Positions 1-10,587 of a DNA stretch of 64,000 nucleotides are shown here, piece after piece. The notes beneath the pieces are model-generated. The model saw only the letters and a list, made by a program, of their open reading frames with translations, did not search any database and was not told where the DNA came from. Source of the DNA: Spirochaetia bacterium (GTDB lineage: Bacteria > Spirochaetota > Spirochaetia > UBA9216); assembly GCA_963677925.2 (NCBI GenBank), contig CAXXYH010000003.1, positions 1,568,001-1,632,000 on the forward strand, given 5' to 3'. Each line of letters begins with the position of its first letter. Positions within the stretch are counted from its first letter, which is position 1. The position numbers and the translations under genes were made by a program.

Positions 1-562
1 AAACATAATAGCAACCATCGTATCACCGCAGAATATGCCTCAAATGGCAACTGTTCGTGAAGGTGTTATGAAGATGACCGAGCCCAATCCTTCCTACAAG
101 GGTAAAATAACCGTTGAGAAGGTTGAACTCGAAGATTCCGACATAATGAGCGAAATCGTTAAGCGTGTTATCCAGGAAAAGAGAGTTAATCTCAAGGGCG
201 CCCAGATCATCGTTGCCGGCGGAATCGGCGTTGAGACAAAGGAGAACTTCAAGCTTATTGAAGAACTTGCTCATGTTCTAGGCGGTGAGGTCGGAGCATC
301 CAGAGCTGCAGTTGATGCGGGATTGATAAGCAAGGAACACCAGGTTGGTCAGACAGGAACAACTGTAAGACCCAGACTTTACATAGCCTGCGGTATTTCC
401 GGCTCAATCCAGCACAGGGCGGGAATGGCTGAATCTTCAAAGATTATCGCTATCAACACCGATCCTGACGCACCGATACTTCAGATTGCGCATTACGGAA
501 TTGTAGGCGATCTCAAAGAGGTAATTCCTCAGTTCATTAAAGCATACAAGGCTAAGGCATAG
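1..562 (+). CDS. etfA: Electron transfer flavoprotein alpha subunit (5'-truncated by window edge)
   Basis: Frame is open from base 2 (NIIATIVSPQNMPQMATVR). FAD-binding motifs GASRAAVDAG, QVGQTG, YIACGISGSIQH, IIAINTDPDAPI. Confidence 0.93.
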   Translation, partial: NIIATIVSPQNMPQMATVREGVMKMTEPNPSYKGKITVEKVELEDSDIMSEIVKRVIQEKRVNLKGAQIIVAGGIGVETKENFKLIEELAHVLGGEVGASRAAVDAGLISKEHQVGQTGTTVRPRLYIACGISGSIQHRAGMAESSKIIAINTDPDAPILQIAHYGIVGDLKEVIPQFIKAYKAKA

Positions 563-570
563 GGGGCACA

Positions 571-2283
571 ATGGAAAACTTTTTTACGGATAACGAAGAT
601 ATACAGTTTCACATGCAGCACCTTGGTCTTGATGAAATTATCAAGCTTAAGGAAGATGATTTCGCAGAAAAAGACAAGTTTGCCCATGCTCCTTCAGACA
701 TTGAAGATGCAATGGATTCCTACAGCAGGATTCTCGGCCTCATCGGAGAAATTGCAGGAGAGCACATGGCTCCTGTTGCCGCCGAGGTAGATGAAGAAGG
801 CGTTAAACTTGTGGACGGCGAAGTCGTATATGCAAAGGGAACACAGATGGCCCTTGATATGCTTGCACAGGCCGATCTCATGGGACTTGCAAATCCCCGG
901 AAATACGGGGGACTCAACTGCCCTGTTACGGTAATGTCCATTGCCGGAGAGATGATGAGCCGTGCAGACGGATCATTTCTGAACTTCGGACTTCAGCAGG
1001 ACATCAGCGAAACACTCAACAAATTCGGTTCAGAAGAACAGAAACAGAGAATAATACCGATTCTTGCAAGCGGAAAGGAAGGGTCCTCGATGATCCTGAC
1101 CGAACCCGATGCAGGTTCAGACCTTCAGGCAGTAACACTCAAGGCCCACCTTGGTGACGACGGTAAGTGGTACCTCAACGGTGTTAAGAGATTTATCACA
1201 AACGGTAACGGTAAAATAGGTCTTGTCCTTGCCCGTTCCGAAGAGGGATCAAAGGGTGCAGGCGGACTTTCATTCTTCCTCTACGAACGTGATGAACACA
1301 TGGTCATCAGACGTGTTGAAAACAAACTCGGAATCCACGGTTCACCCACCTGTGAACTTCAGTTCAACAACGCTCCGGCTGAACTGGTAGGACAGAGAAG
1401 ACGAGGTCTTACAAAGTACACAATGTGGCTGATGAACAGTGCCCGTCTGATGGTTTCTTCACAGGCAACAGGTATTGCAGAAGCAGCATACAGGGAAGCA
1501 TATAAATATGCACAGGAAAGAATTCAGTTCGGCAAGCCGATCATCGAGTTCCCGCCTGTTTTTGAAATGCTTACCGAGATGAAGATCCTCATCGAAGCAT
1601 CAAGAATCCTGCTTTATGAAACATCCAAGTTTGTTGATATGAAGGAATGTCTTGAAGAGTTCACCGAGAAGCATCCTGAACAGGCTGCCGACAAGAAGGG
1701 CGATCTTAAGAAATACACCAGACTCGCAAACCTGTTTACACCGATGACAAAACTTCACAATACAGAAGCTGCAAACAAGGTGACATACGACGGAATCCAG
1801 ATTCACGGCGGTACAGGCTTCATGAAGGAATTCAATGCCGAAAGACATTACCGTGACGCAAGAATTACCAATATCTATGAAGGAACCAGCCAGCTTCAGG
1901 TTGTTGCAGCAATCGGAGGCGTAACATCCGGTACAGCATCAGGCTACCTTGATGAACTGGAAGAAGAAGATTACGGACACTGTCCTGAACTCCTGAAGAA
2001 GGTAAAAAAGGCAAAGCTTAACTTTGAAAAGGCAGTTATTGCAATCAAGGAACTTGAAGACCAGGATATAGTGACCTACCACTCACGAAGAATGGTTGAG
2101 ATGGCTACCGATGTGGCACTCGGCTTCCTTATGATGAGAAACGCAAAGTTCTCAGAGCGGAAGATGCTCATTGCAGAGACTTTCATCGAAAAAATGCTGA
2201 CCAGAGTCGAAATGAACATGAACTTCGTTTCCTGCAAGGAATGCAGCCTGATGAAGAACTACAAGGAAATCATCGCTCATTAA
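571..2283 (+). CDS. Acyl-CoA dehydrogenase (long form with C-terminal extension)
   Basis: LTEPDAGSD, LNGVKRFITNG, KLGIHGSPT, QIHGGTGF, YRDARITNIYEGT motifs; follows etfA. Confidence 0.93.
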   Translation: MENFFTDNEDIQFHMQHLGLDEIIKLKEDDFAEKDKFAHAPSDIEDAMDSYSRILGLIGEIAGEHMAPVAAEVDEEGVKLVDGEVVYAKGTQMALDMLAQADLMGLANPRKYGGLNCPVTVMSIAGEMMSRADGSFLNFGLQQDISETLNKFGSEEQKQRIIPILASGKEGSSMILTEPDAGSDLQAVTLKAHLGDDGKWYLNGVKRFITNGNGKIGLVLARSEEGSKGAGGLSFFLYERDEHMVIRRVENKLGIHGSPTCELQFNNAPAELVGQRRRGLTKYTMWLMNSARLMVSSQATGIAEAAYREAYKYAQERIQFGKPIIEFPPVFEMLTEMKILIEASRILLYETSKFVDMKECLEEFTEKHPEQAADKKGDLKKYTRLANLFTPMTKLHNTEAANKVTYDGIQIHGGTGFMKEFNAERHYRDARITNIYEGTSQLQVVAAIGGVTSGTASGYLDELEEEDYGHCPELLKKVKKAKLNFEKAVIAIKELEDQDIVTYHSRRMVEMATDVALGFLMMRNAKFSERKMLIAETFIEKMLTRVEMNMNFVSCKECSLMKNYKEIIAH

Positions 2284-2309
2284 GCGGTTTCTGTTTAAGT
2301 TAAAATACC

Positions 2310-2345
2310 AGACTGGCCGGTACACTCCGGTCGGTCTTTTTTTTT
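2310..2345 (+). terminator. Rho-independent terminator
   Basis: agactggccgg-tacact-ccggtcggtct hairpin followed by a T run, just after the ACAD stop. Confidence 0.8.
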
Positions 2346-2356
2346 GCAAAAAAGAG

Positions 2357-3697
2357 CTAACCAGCAGGGAAAACTATCCTGGTAACGAAAAATCCATCAT
2401 CATAAAACTGTTCAATCGTTCCGTTAATCTGGCCCGTCAGTTTATGAATCAGTTTCAGACCCAGGGAATCTCCTTTCTGAAAATCAAACGATTCCGGAAG
2501 CCCCGGACCGTTATCCCCTACTTCAAGAACAATACCTTCATTTTTTCTGTAAAGAGATACTCTAATCCGGTTTTCCCTGTTCGCTGAGAATGCATATTTC
2601 ATACTGTTCGTAATAAGTTCATTCACAATAAGCCCCAGATTGATACCGAGATCAACGCCCAGCTCAATATCGGCCAAATTATAGTCGGCTTTTAAATTCT
2701 CAAAGGAATTGCCCTCCGGCTTAAAAGTCTGCATAACATGATCTGTCAGTTCTTTGATATATTCTGCGGAATGGATGATATTAGTGCTCTCAGTCTTGTA
2801 AAGCTTCTCATGTATTATGGATATGCTGACAATACGGTTGATCAGATCAGTAAAGACTGTCTTCTGTTCCGGATCCAGGCAGTGCAGGGCCTCAAGATTC
2901 AGAATGCCGATTATCATCTGCAGGTTGTTTTTGACCCTGTGATGCGTTTCCTTCAGCAGCATGTCCCTGGCTTCAAGAGCTTCTTTTAAATCGGTAATAT
3001 CGATATTCATTCCGAGAATTCCAAGAATATGCTCACCATCCTTGATAGGAGCAACTATGTTTCTGAAAAACCGCTTTTTACCGCGGATATGATAATTTAT
3101 CTCACCTTCATATGTCTCGCCATTAAGTGCAGCTGTGGTTGTTTCCATCCACAGCTCAACTATCCCTTCATGATCGGTTACTTCTGTCGGAAGCCTGCCG
3201 TGGACATCGCCCCAAAGAGCCCGGCTTATCGAATTCTGCATGTATGTACGATTATTAACGTCGTTGATCCAGAAGTCAAAGGGAAGACTTTCAAGCGTTG
3301 TCTTGAGCATAATCTCGCTTTTACGAAGACTCTCCTCCATTTCCTTGCGGAAAGATTTATTTTTAACAAGAAGCCAGTAAATATGACGGTTGTTATCTGT
3401 GGTACAGTGAATGCTGATCTCAGCCACTCTGGGAGTTCCCGCTTTCTGATTCAATTCACCATCAATTACCCTGGTGCTTCTGCATCTGGAGGCATCCTTG
3501 ATAAATTTCCTTATTTCATCAGAACTTTTATCATCAAAAAGCAGATTCAGATCAGCGCCTATCACTTCTTTTTCACTTAGCCCGGAAAGCCCGTATACAG
3601 CATGATTTACAGACAGGATCTGAGCTTGTCGGTCAAGGAGGATAAAGCCGTTGTCACAGCCGGATAGAAAATCTTTGTACATCGACTCAGGAAGCAT
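2357..3697 (-). CDS. PAS-domain sensor histidine kinase (HisKA_2 type)
   Basis: Two PAS-like segments; ETHHRVKNNLQ H-box, NELITNSMKYAF N-box, DNGPG, SLGL. Confidence 0.9.
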   Translation of the reverse strand: MLPESMYKDFLSGCDNGFILLDRQAQILSVNHAVYGLSGLSEKEVIGADLNLLFDDKSSDEIRKFIKDASRCRSTRVIDGELNQKAGTPRVAEISIHCTTDNNRHIYWLLVKNKSFRKEMEESLRKSEIMLKTTLESLPFDFWINDVNNRTYMQNSISRALWGDVHGRLPTEVTDHEGIVELWMETTTAALNGETYEGEINYHIRGKKRFFRNIVAPIKDGEHILGILGMNIDITDLKEALEARDMLLKETHHRVKNNLQMIIGILNLEALHCLDPEQKTVFTDLINRIVSISIIHEKLYKTESTNIIHSAEYIKELTDHVMQTFKPEGNSFENLKADYNLADIELGVDLGINLGLIVNELITNSMKYAFSANRENRIRVSLYRKNEGIVLEVGDNGPGLPESFDFQKGDSLGLKLIHKLTGQINGTIEQFYDDGFFVTRIVFPAG

Positions 3698-3754
3698 GAA
3701 TATAATTATAGTTTATATCAAACTGAAATCAAACTTTACAGAATTTTTATGACA

Positions 3755-4447
3755 TTAGAGTTCATCATTTGCAGAGACAGCAATTGAACTTGAAATCTCC
3801 AGATTTCCGTTTCGTATTCTCAGCTGATCAATAAACTCCTGTTCCTCGTCTGTTTCCTTCAGGTCAATTTCATACTGCAGTCTCAGCATACTGCCGAGAT
3901 TCGTTGTTTTTACAGAAAGCAGTTTGTATTCACGGGTATATCTGTCAAAAAGATCAGTGAATACATTGTTATACGCAAGATCTTCAGGTATGGATATTCT
4001 GAGAGAGCGTCTGGAACTGCTTCGAAACAGCTCTCCGAACGGAATTGATTCAAGCAGAAGCATTACAGAGGCAACAGCAGCCGTAAAAATCAGAGCACGC
4101 AGCAACGTTCCCAGTCCGCAGGTCAGACCGATAGCCATCGCAATAAAAACCGCCAGGATATCACGGCCCGATCCCGGTACCGAACGGAACCTTACCAGGG
4201 AAAAAGCCCCGGCAACCGCGACTCCCGCTCCGATCGAACCGTTAACCATCATTATTACCACAGCTACTACTGCCGGAAGTACCGCAAGAGTTACGGCAAA
4301 CGATTTTGATACCGAATTCTTCAGCTGGTAGATCAGTGAGAAAATTAAACCGAGTATAATTGCCGCACTTATTTTAACTGCATATGCTCCAAGAGACAGG
4401 GTTTCAACCGTCCCGTTATCTGTAAGTATTTGTGTAATTGTGTTCAT
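3755..4447 (-). CDS. DUF4956 family membrane protein
   Basis: GAGVAVAGAFSLVRFRSVPG, TTNLGS and IDQLRIRNGNLEI motifs; usual partner of VTC-domain proteins. Confidence 0.85.
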   Translation of the reverse strand: MNTITQILTDNGTVETLSLGAYAVKISAAIILGLIFSLIYQLKNSVSKSFAVTLAVLPAVVAVVIMMVNGSIGAGVAVAGAFSLVRFRSVPGSGRDILAVFIAMAIGLTCGLGTLLRALIFTAAVASVMLLLESIPFGELFRSSSRRSLRISIPEDLAYNNVFTDLFDRYTREYKLLSVKTTNLGSMLRLQYEIDLKETDEEQEFIDQLRIRNGNLEISSSIAVSANDEL

Positions 4448-4450
4448 ATT

Positions 4451-5170
4451 CTATCCTGCCATCCGTCTTTCAGGTGCGGACACAAGCCTGGAATAGGCCT
4501 GCCCGTACTTTGAAAACGATGTTTTATATATTCTGTTTTCTGCAAGAGCACCTGAAAGCCACAACGGCATTGCCGCTCCGCATTTTATTTCCATAAGAGA
4601 ATCATCCCCGCTTAAAATTCTTGTCCCGAAAAGGGATTCAGATTCAAGATGGATGTCAGAAGTCCTCCAGAAGATATCATCATCAAAGGTAATTCTGATG
4701 CTGTTATCCGGAACTCCCTGCCAGGCCTCACGCCTGTATCCTATATACATAGCCGGGATCAGGTTTTCATAAAAATCAATAAAATACCGGAGTTCCCGCT
4801 CAACCTGACCGCTGATATCGCTGCAGCTGTTTTTTTTCAGAACAAAGGCATCAGCTTCACAGGGCGTCATCACTGTCCGTCTCTTATAAACGGTGCCCAG
4901 ATATTTTTTCTTCAGCTCAACAAAGACTTTCCCGTCCGCTGATACCGGGCCGTAAGAGCGGATTCTCAGCTTTTCCTTGTATGACGGCTGTTCCATGCTG
5001 CTTCTGATAAGGCGGTAATCAGGCGTATCCAAATAAATATTGCAGATTCTGTATCTGTGAAACCTGTCAGGCTTTATATATTCCTGTATCTGATCCAGAA
5101 ACCTTCTTTTCTGCTCTGCATCAATAAGATATTTTTTTTCGTTCCGTTCAAAGGAATCCATCCTGCTCAT
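4451..5170 (-). CDS. VTC-domain (polyphosphate polymerase-like, CYTH) protein
   Basis: FERNEKKY, NIYLDT, KEKLRIRSY, ELKKK..VYKRR, RITFD, MEIK, SFSKY. Confidence 0.88.
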   Translation of the reverse strand: MSRMDSFERNEKKYLIDAEQKRRFLDQIQEYIKPDRFHRYRICNIYLDTPDYRLIRSSMEQPSYKEKLRIRSYGPVSADGKVFVELKKKYLGTVYKRRTVMTPCEADAFVLKKNSCSDISGQVERELRYFIDFYENLIPAMYIGYRREAWQGVPDNSIRITFDDDIFWRTSDIHLESESLFGTRILSGDDSLMEIKCGAAMPLWLSGALAENRIYKTSFSKYGQAYSRLVSAPERRMAG

Positions 5171-5195
5171 ACTGCGCCCCCTGTCTCCGAATCAA

Positions 5196-6326
5196 TTACC
5201 AGCGTCGACCCCCGTGAGCTCCTCCGCGGCCAAAACTCTGTACAGTAATTTCTGTAACAGCCGAACCGTTTACCTTCACATCACCTCCGGTCATTTCTGC
5301 TGTGCCGTCGGCATCAAAGGCTGAGCGGGCTGTAACATCAATATCCCCGCCACGTATATACAAATCACCGTTGGAATCAAAGGCATCGGTATCACCTGCC
5401 GCCATTGAAACAGAAATATCGCCTCCGTTTACTTCAATCATTACGGTTCCGTTTGATTTTCGCGCTGCATTTATACCGTCATCGGTTGCATAGATATCAA
5501 TATCACCGCCGTTTATCTGAATGTGAGTGGCTTCAAGGCCTTCCTGACTTGTTTTAATATCAAGAGTTCCGCCGTCTACCTGAACCAGACTTGTTCCCCG
5601 GACAGCATCATCCCCTGCCGAGATATCAAGACTGCCGCCCTGGATATAGATGTATCCGGTTGATTTATCCGAATCTTCAGCATGAAGAGCATCCTTTCCG
5701 GATTCAAGAACAATATTCCCGTCATAGATTCGGATTGAGTCGTTGGCTTCCAGAGCATCCTCATTCGCTTTTACATACAGTGATGAACCGGTAATTTTCA
5801 GATCATCCTTTGTACTTATTCCGTTGCCTGCGGCCGATATTACCTCAAGACTGCCGGTACCGTTAATGACAAGATCGGCCCTGGAAAAAACCGCAGCATC
5901 AAGATTCGTTGAGCCGTCGGCCTTATATCTGCCTGTTACTTCAATTGAATTATCATCTGATGCTGCGGTCAAAAAGACTTTATCTGCCGATTTAACATAT
6001 ATTGCAGGGGCGCTGCTGTTTTTGACATTGAATCCGTCAAGGACAAGCTGAACCTTGGCATCATCCCCGGCATCAACAACGACAGTGCTGTCAGCATATG
6101 TTCCGCTCAGGATGTACACGCCCTCATCCGCTATTATAGCCTGGCTTCTGCTGCTGAGCCCTATAATGGCTGCATCACTCAGATCTGCAGACTGCTGCAG
6201 ATCACGCGATGTAAAAAGATCTGAACCGCTTAGAACTCCTGCTGAAACAGACCCTGCCGCAAAGCAGCTGCCTAGACTCATTGTCATAAGAGCAAGTGCC
6301 CCGCTTATTTTCATAAACTTATTCAT
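5196..6326 (-). CDS. Secreted Cthe_2159-like (DUF4353) beta-helix carbohydrate-binding protein
   Basis: Signal peptide; repeated I.GG.I.I.A.DDGI motifs; GDTDAFDSNG; Gly/Arg tail. Confidence 0.85.
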   Translation of the reverse strand: MNKFMKISGALALMTMSLGSCFAAGSVSAGVLSGSDLFTSRDLQQSADLSDAAIIGLSSRSQAIIADEGVYILSGTYADSTVVVDAGDDAKVQLVLDGFNVKNSSAPAIYVKSADKVFLTAASDDNSIEVTGRYKADGSTNLDAAVFSRADLVINGTGSLEVISAAGNGISTKDDLKITGSSLYVKANEDALEANDSIRIYDGNIVLESGKDALHAEDSDKSTGYIYIQGGSLDISAGDDAVRGTSLVQVDGGTLDIKTSQEGLEATHIQINGGDIDIYATDDGINAARKSNGTVMIEVNGGDISVSMAAGDTDAFDSNGDLYIRGGDIDVTARSAFDADGTAEMTGGDVKVNGSAVTEITVQSFGRGGAHGGRRW

Positions 6327-6394
6327 AAACTACCTTCCGCTCAAATAATTGTTAAAAGAGCATTAGATTTTTAACAATCAGCTCTTTTTAAGCT

Positions 6395-6426
6395 AAGGTA
6401 GTCTGTAAATGTAAACAAATTGTGAA
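6395..6426 (-). promoter_or_regulatory. Pho-box-like direct repeat plus -10 box upstream of the VTC operon
   Basis: Minus strand reads TTCACA-N5-TTTACA (11-bp period, 6426-6410), then TACCTT 9 bp downstream. Confidence 0.5.
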
Positions 6427-6468
6427 CGGGATGTGTTTCTTTGTGCCTATCCTGAATGACCTGCAGCT

Positions 6469-7257
6469 TTAGAAACTGATTTTCCAGCCTACAGTAAGCC
6501 CTTCAGAAGGGCTATAAGCCAGGCGGCCGCTGCCCTCCTCTGTCTCAAGTTCTCCGTTATAATGAAGAAATGGAACAAGCCATCCGGCAAGTGAGCCGAT
6601 ACCTGCGCCGACAAGAACATCAGTGGGAAAATGCGCTCCGGAGGTTATACGAAGGACTGCCACTGTTCCTGAAAGCAGGTATGAGGCGGATATGAGCGGA
6701 ATACTAAGTGAAGACGGGGCTTTTTCAAGCAGCAGTGTGGTTGTCAGAAAAGCGGAACTCATGAATGCAAAGGTTGTATGACCGGAGGGAAAGCTGTTGT
6801 AGTAATCATCAGCATCCGGATCGAGTGAGATATCGCCGAAGTAGGTATAGGGACGGTATCTTGATATGAAAGTCTTTAAAATTTCCTTGGTACCGTTTGC
6901 CAAAAGGAAGGCTTCACTGTACATCACACCATAGGTGAGAAGATTGTCCAACTCAAAATCAAGATGAAGGAATATTGAAGCCGGAACGAGTAACGAAGCA
7001 TAAGCTCCATAGGTTGATATATCATCCATTGTACCGTTTATTTCAAACATCAGAGAATGATCAAGACTGTTGATTGCAGTAATATCGATTTGATCGGAAA
7101 TTACGGGATCAGAAAAGTAGCTTACTCCGTTAAGAGCCAGAGCTGCTGCACCTATACTTAAATCGGTCGCGAGATCGAGGCTGAACCGGCTTTCCTGTCC
7201 GAAGGCCTGAACTGCAGAGATAAGCACTGCAAGGATTAATAATGTTACTTTTTTCAA
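6469..7257 (-). CDS. PAP2 family phosphatase, exported
   Basis: K....SRYRP, SFPSGHT, RITSGAHFPTDVLVG motifs; signal peptide. Confidence 0.88.
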   Translation of the reverse strand: MKKVTLLILAVLISAVQAFGQESRFSLDLATDLSIGAAALALNGVSYFSDPVISDQIDITAINSLDHSLMFEINGTMDDISTYGAYASLLVPASIFLHLDFELDNLLTYGVMYSEAFLLANGTKEILKTFISRYRPYTYFGDISLDPDADDYYNSFPSGHTTFAFMSSAFLTTTLLLEKAPSSLSIPLISASYLLSGTVAVLRITSGAHFPTDVLVGAGIGSLAGWLVPFLHYNGELETEEGSGRLAYSPSEGLTVGWKISF

Positions 7258-7320
7258 TTTCTACTCTCCAATGTAAAATCAATACTGTATCTAATATACA
7301 CCATTGACCCGTAAGTTCAG

Positions 7321-8715
7321 TTGGAATATTATAGCCGGATGATAAAAAAGAATGAACCCTCGGTAAAGTTTTCAGAAAATCTGAAGAAGATCCTGCTTTT
7401 AGGGACCCCCCTCCTCGCAGGACGGCTTACGCACTACTCACACCAGGTTGCAGATTCCATCATGATGGGACACTTCAGACAGGGCGGTCTTGAACTTGGG
7501 GCACTTGCAGTAGCCGGAATGTACATCTGGGTGCTCAACACCTTTTTGTGGCCGCTGGGACAGGGAATACAGGCTATTGTTTCCAGGCGTGCAGGACGGT
7601 CTGATGAGCGTTCAAATCCTGAAACCTTCGGAACAGTACTTGATCACGGTATAATTACCTCACTGTTTTTCTCTGTAATTGCCTTTCTGCTGTCTTTTCT
7701 GGCCGGGCCGCTTTTCAGACTGATACTCCATGATGAGCAGATAATCAGCCTTGCTCTTGAATATATAGGGATTCTGAAGTGGTCTTTCTTCCCATTCAGT
7801 ATTTCACAGATAATCATGCGCTTTTTCAGTACGGTTCATAAACCGCGGTATTCCATGACTGCCAGCATTATCTCAAACAGTGTAAACATACTTTTAAATT
7901 ATATATTCATATACGGCAAGCTCGGATTACCGCAGATGGGAATCAGGGGGGCAGCACTTGGAAGCCTGCTGTCATACGTAATAGGACTGATATACGTTCT
8001 TTCTGTAGCACTCAGAAAAAACCACATGCAGACATACAGGTTCTTCCATACCCGAAAGATTGACTTTGAAATAATCAGAACCATCATCCGTGTCGCCTCA
8101 CCCCAGGCAATCCAGAACATACTTGCTATGCTGATAATGCTTTTCTATGAGGCAATGGTCGAGAATATCGGGACTGTATACCTGGCTGCTACCCATATAG
8201 TCTTTTCATTCTTCAGAATCAATAAGACAATTGTAGGCGGTTATGCTCAAGGGACGGCTATTCTTATAGGAAATGCCCTTGGAGGAGAAAACCACAGAGC
8301 CTCCGGACAGGCAATGAAGGCCGGCTACACCATCGGAACGGCAATCGGAATTATTATATTTTCTTTAGTCTTTTTCTTTCCATCAAGGATTGCAGGAATA
8401 TTCTCCGCCCCCGGTGAAACATTTGAAATTGCCGCAACGGCACTGCGTTTCTTTGCGCCCTTCTACTTCTTTGAAATACTCGGCTTCTCATTTGAAATGG
8501 TTTTCTGCGGAAACGGCTGGGGAAAATTTGTACTCTTTTCCGAATTTACTACAAATGTAGTATTCATTCTGGGTTTTACATTTCTGGTAACCAGAATTCT
8601 GGGGATGGGTGCGGTTTCTGCATGGTGGGGATTCGGACTTTATCAGATTTTCCACTCATTAATACTGCATACAGGGTTTAAGAGCGGACGATGGAAACGG
8701 GCACAGGTGGACTGA
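7321..8715 (+). CDS. MATE family efflux transporter
   Basis: About 12 TM segments; NILLNYIFIYGKLGLPQMGIRGAALGS. True start may be the ATG at 7339. Confidence 0.88.
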   Translation: MEYYSRMIKKNEPSVKFSENLKKILLLGTPLLAGRLTHYSHQVADSIMMGHFRQGGLELGALAVAGMYIWVLNTFLWPLGQGIQAIVSRRAGRSDERSNPETFGTVLDHGIITSLFFSVIAFLLSFLAGPLFRLILHDEQIISLALEYIGILKWSFFPFSISQIIMRFFSTVHKPRYSMTASIISNSVNILLNYIFIYGKLGLPQMGIRGAALGSLLSYVIGLIYVLSVALRKNHMQTYRFFHTRKIDFEIIRTIIRVASPQAIQNILAMLIMLFYEAMVENIGTVYLAATHIVFSFFRINKTIVGGYAQGTAILIGNALGGENHRASGQAMKAGYTIGTAIGIIIFSLVFFFPSRIAGIFSAPGETFEIAATALRFFAPFYFFEILGFSFEMVFCGNGWGKFVLFSEFTTNVVFILGFTFLVTRILGMGAVSAWWGFGLYQIFHSLILHTGFKSGRWKRAQVD

Positions 8716-8764
8716 CAGGAATATTAAAAGTGTTTCCTGCAAAATAATTAATTATTTTCCGGAA

Positions 8765-8780
8765 ATTAACATGTGTTAAT
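8765..8780. promoter_or_regulatory. Palindromic operator ATTAAC-ATGT-GTTAAT, candidate site for the adjacent Crp/Fnr protein
   Basis: Inverted repeat 34 bp upstream of the acyltransferase start. Confidence 0.5.
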
Positions 8781-8813
8781 GAGTATTTTCTGCAGCAGAG
8801 TTAGTTTCATGGA

Positions 8814-9950
8814 ATGAATAAGATTAACACTTTAATAAAACCTGAGAGGGATTACTATCTTGACTGGATCCGATCCGGAATTGTCCTCCTTCTTGTTCCC
8901 TATCACTGCGCCGTTACTTTTTCACATATTGGAAAGGGCTATATTTACACGGCAACAGCGGATCCTTCACTTTTTTTCAGCATAGGTTCAGATTTTCTGA
9001 ACCTGTGGTTCATGCGCACCCTGTTTCTTGTTTCGGGAATGGCAGCTTTCAAGGCTCTCCGCTTCAGATCAGTACGGCAATTTCTGCTTCAAAGAGTTAA
9101 CAAGCTGCTGCTTCCGGTAATATTTATGCTTATTGTAGTAAATCCGGCTGCAGGATACCTTCTTGCAGTAAACCACTTCGGATTCCAGGGCGGATTCTTG
9201 GATTTCTACCCTGATTTTTTTCTGAATCCGAAACAGTATCTTTTCTGGGGACATATGTGGTACTGCGTGTATCTATTTATTTTTTCAATAGCAACCATAC
9301 CCCTGTTTACTTTTTTAAACAGGAATTCACGCCTTGCCCGGATTAATAATTTTCTGCAGAAAAAAGCCATCATATTCCTTCCACTGGCAGCTGCAGGCTT
9401 GATTGAATTGCTTCTCAGACCGCTTTATCCGGGCTACCAGTCATTTATCGGAGACTGGGCAAATGTTGCGGTATATCTGTTTTTCTACTGTTTCGGATAT
9501 ATTATAGCCGGGAATGAACCTGTAATGGAAAAGTTTACAGGCTATTCGCGGGTACTTCTTATAAGCGGAACAGCGGCAGGCATCCTGTTTATCTGGCTGA
9601 AAAGATTTTTTCCGAATCCCGAAGAACTGGCTTATTTTGAGCAGATCAAGTCCTTTACATGGGGAGTGTCGGCATATTTACTCTGTATGGGAATTACAGG
9701 GGCATCCAGGAGACTGTTCAATAAGTCCGGCAAAATGCTTGCATTCCTGTCCAACTCATCCTTTTCGGTTTACATGTTCCATTATCTGGCTGTTTCTATT
9801 TTTAATACAATTCTTTTAAAAACGGGTTTGAACAATATATCAGTCTGGGCTCTATCAACAGTCTGTACTTACGCTGTCCTGTTTCTTCTTTTTGAATTTA
9901 TACTGAAACGTATAAAACCCATGAGATTTATCTGCAGCATCAAAAAATAA
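8814..9950 (+). CDS. Acyltransferase 3 family (OpgC/MdoC-like) membrane protein
   Basis: RDYYLDWIR, WFMRTLFLVSG, GHMWYCVYLF, SFSVYMFHY. Confidence 0.85.
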   Translation: MNKINTLIKPERDYYLDWIRSGIVLLLVPYHCAVTFSHIGKGYIYTATADPSLFFSIGSDFLNLWFMRTLFLVSGMAAFKALRFRSVRQFLLQRVNKLLLPVIFMLIVVNPAAGYLLAVNHFGFQGGFLDFYPDFFLNPKQYLFWGHMWYCVYLFIFSIATIPLFTFLNRNSRLARINNFLQKKAIIFLPLAAAGLIELLLRPLYPGYQSFIGDWANVAVYLFFYCFGYIIAGNEPVMEKFTGYSRVLLISGTAAGILFIWLKRFFPNPEELAYFEQIKSFTWGVSAYLLCMGITGASRRLFNKSGKMLAFLSNSSFSVYMFHYLAVSIFNTILLKTGLNNISVWALSTVCTYAVLFLLFEFILKRIKPMRFICSIKK

Positions 9951-9973
9951 GAATATGATGTATAATTCTTTCC

Positions 9974-10555
9974 ATGGACATCAGGAAAGAATGGAAAGAT
10001 GCTATATACACAGAGCTGCAGGAGTTCGGGATATCTGATACTGAATGGAAGAAATTTGAATCCTGCCTTCAGGGTATAAGACTAAAAAACAAGGACTACC
10101 TTGAAAGGCAGGGTGAAAGACCTGAACATATATCTATAATAATTAAAGGGATTTTCAGAGCCTTTTATCTTACTGAATCAGGTGATGAAAAAACCATAGT
10201 ATTCAGAGGCCCAGGAAAGCTCTTATCAACTTACAGTTCTTTCATTGATGAGAAATCATCAAAGTTCTCAATTCAGGCACTTGAGGACAGCATTGTATTA
10301 TGTATTTCAATAGAGGATTTCAGAAAACTGATTGACGGAAACAGTTTCTGGCAGAATTTTGCAGGTGAATACTATACAAGACTTTTTATTGAAAAAGAGA
10401 AGAGAGAGCACTCGCTGCTATCAGAAGATGCCAGAACAAGATACGAGAATTTTCTCAAGGATTACCCTGAACTCATAAACAGAATAAATCATTATTATAT
10501 TGCATCCTATCTAGGAATATCCAATGTATCCCTCAGCAGGATAAGAAATTCCTGA
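9974..10555 (+). CDS. Crp/Fnr family transcriptional regulator
   Basis: cNMP-binding fold (IQALEDS) and C-terminal IASYLGISNVSLSRIR HTH. Confidence 0.88.
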   Translation: MDIRKEWKDAIYTELQEFGISDTEWKKFESCLQGIRLKNKDYLERQGERPEHISIIIKGIFRAFYLTESGDEKTIVFRGPGKLLSTYSSFIDEKSSKFSIQALEDSIVLCISIEDFRKLIDGNSFWQNFAGEYYTRLFIEKEKREHSLLSEDARTRYENFLKDYPELINRINHYYIASYLGISNVSLSRIRNS

Positions 10556-10587
10556 AAGACTGAAGATAAAATTAAAGAAATTAATAA

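Noticed and set aside
5250-5900. Quasi-periodic repeats (possible array)
   Set aside because: These are protein-level beta-helix repeats of the Cthe_2159 domain, not CRISPR or DNA repeats.
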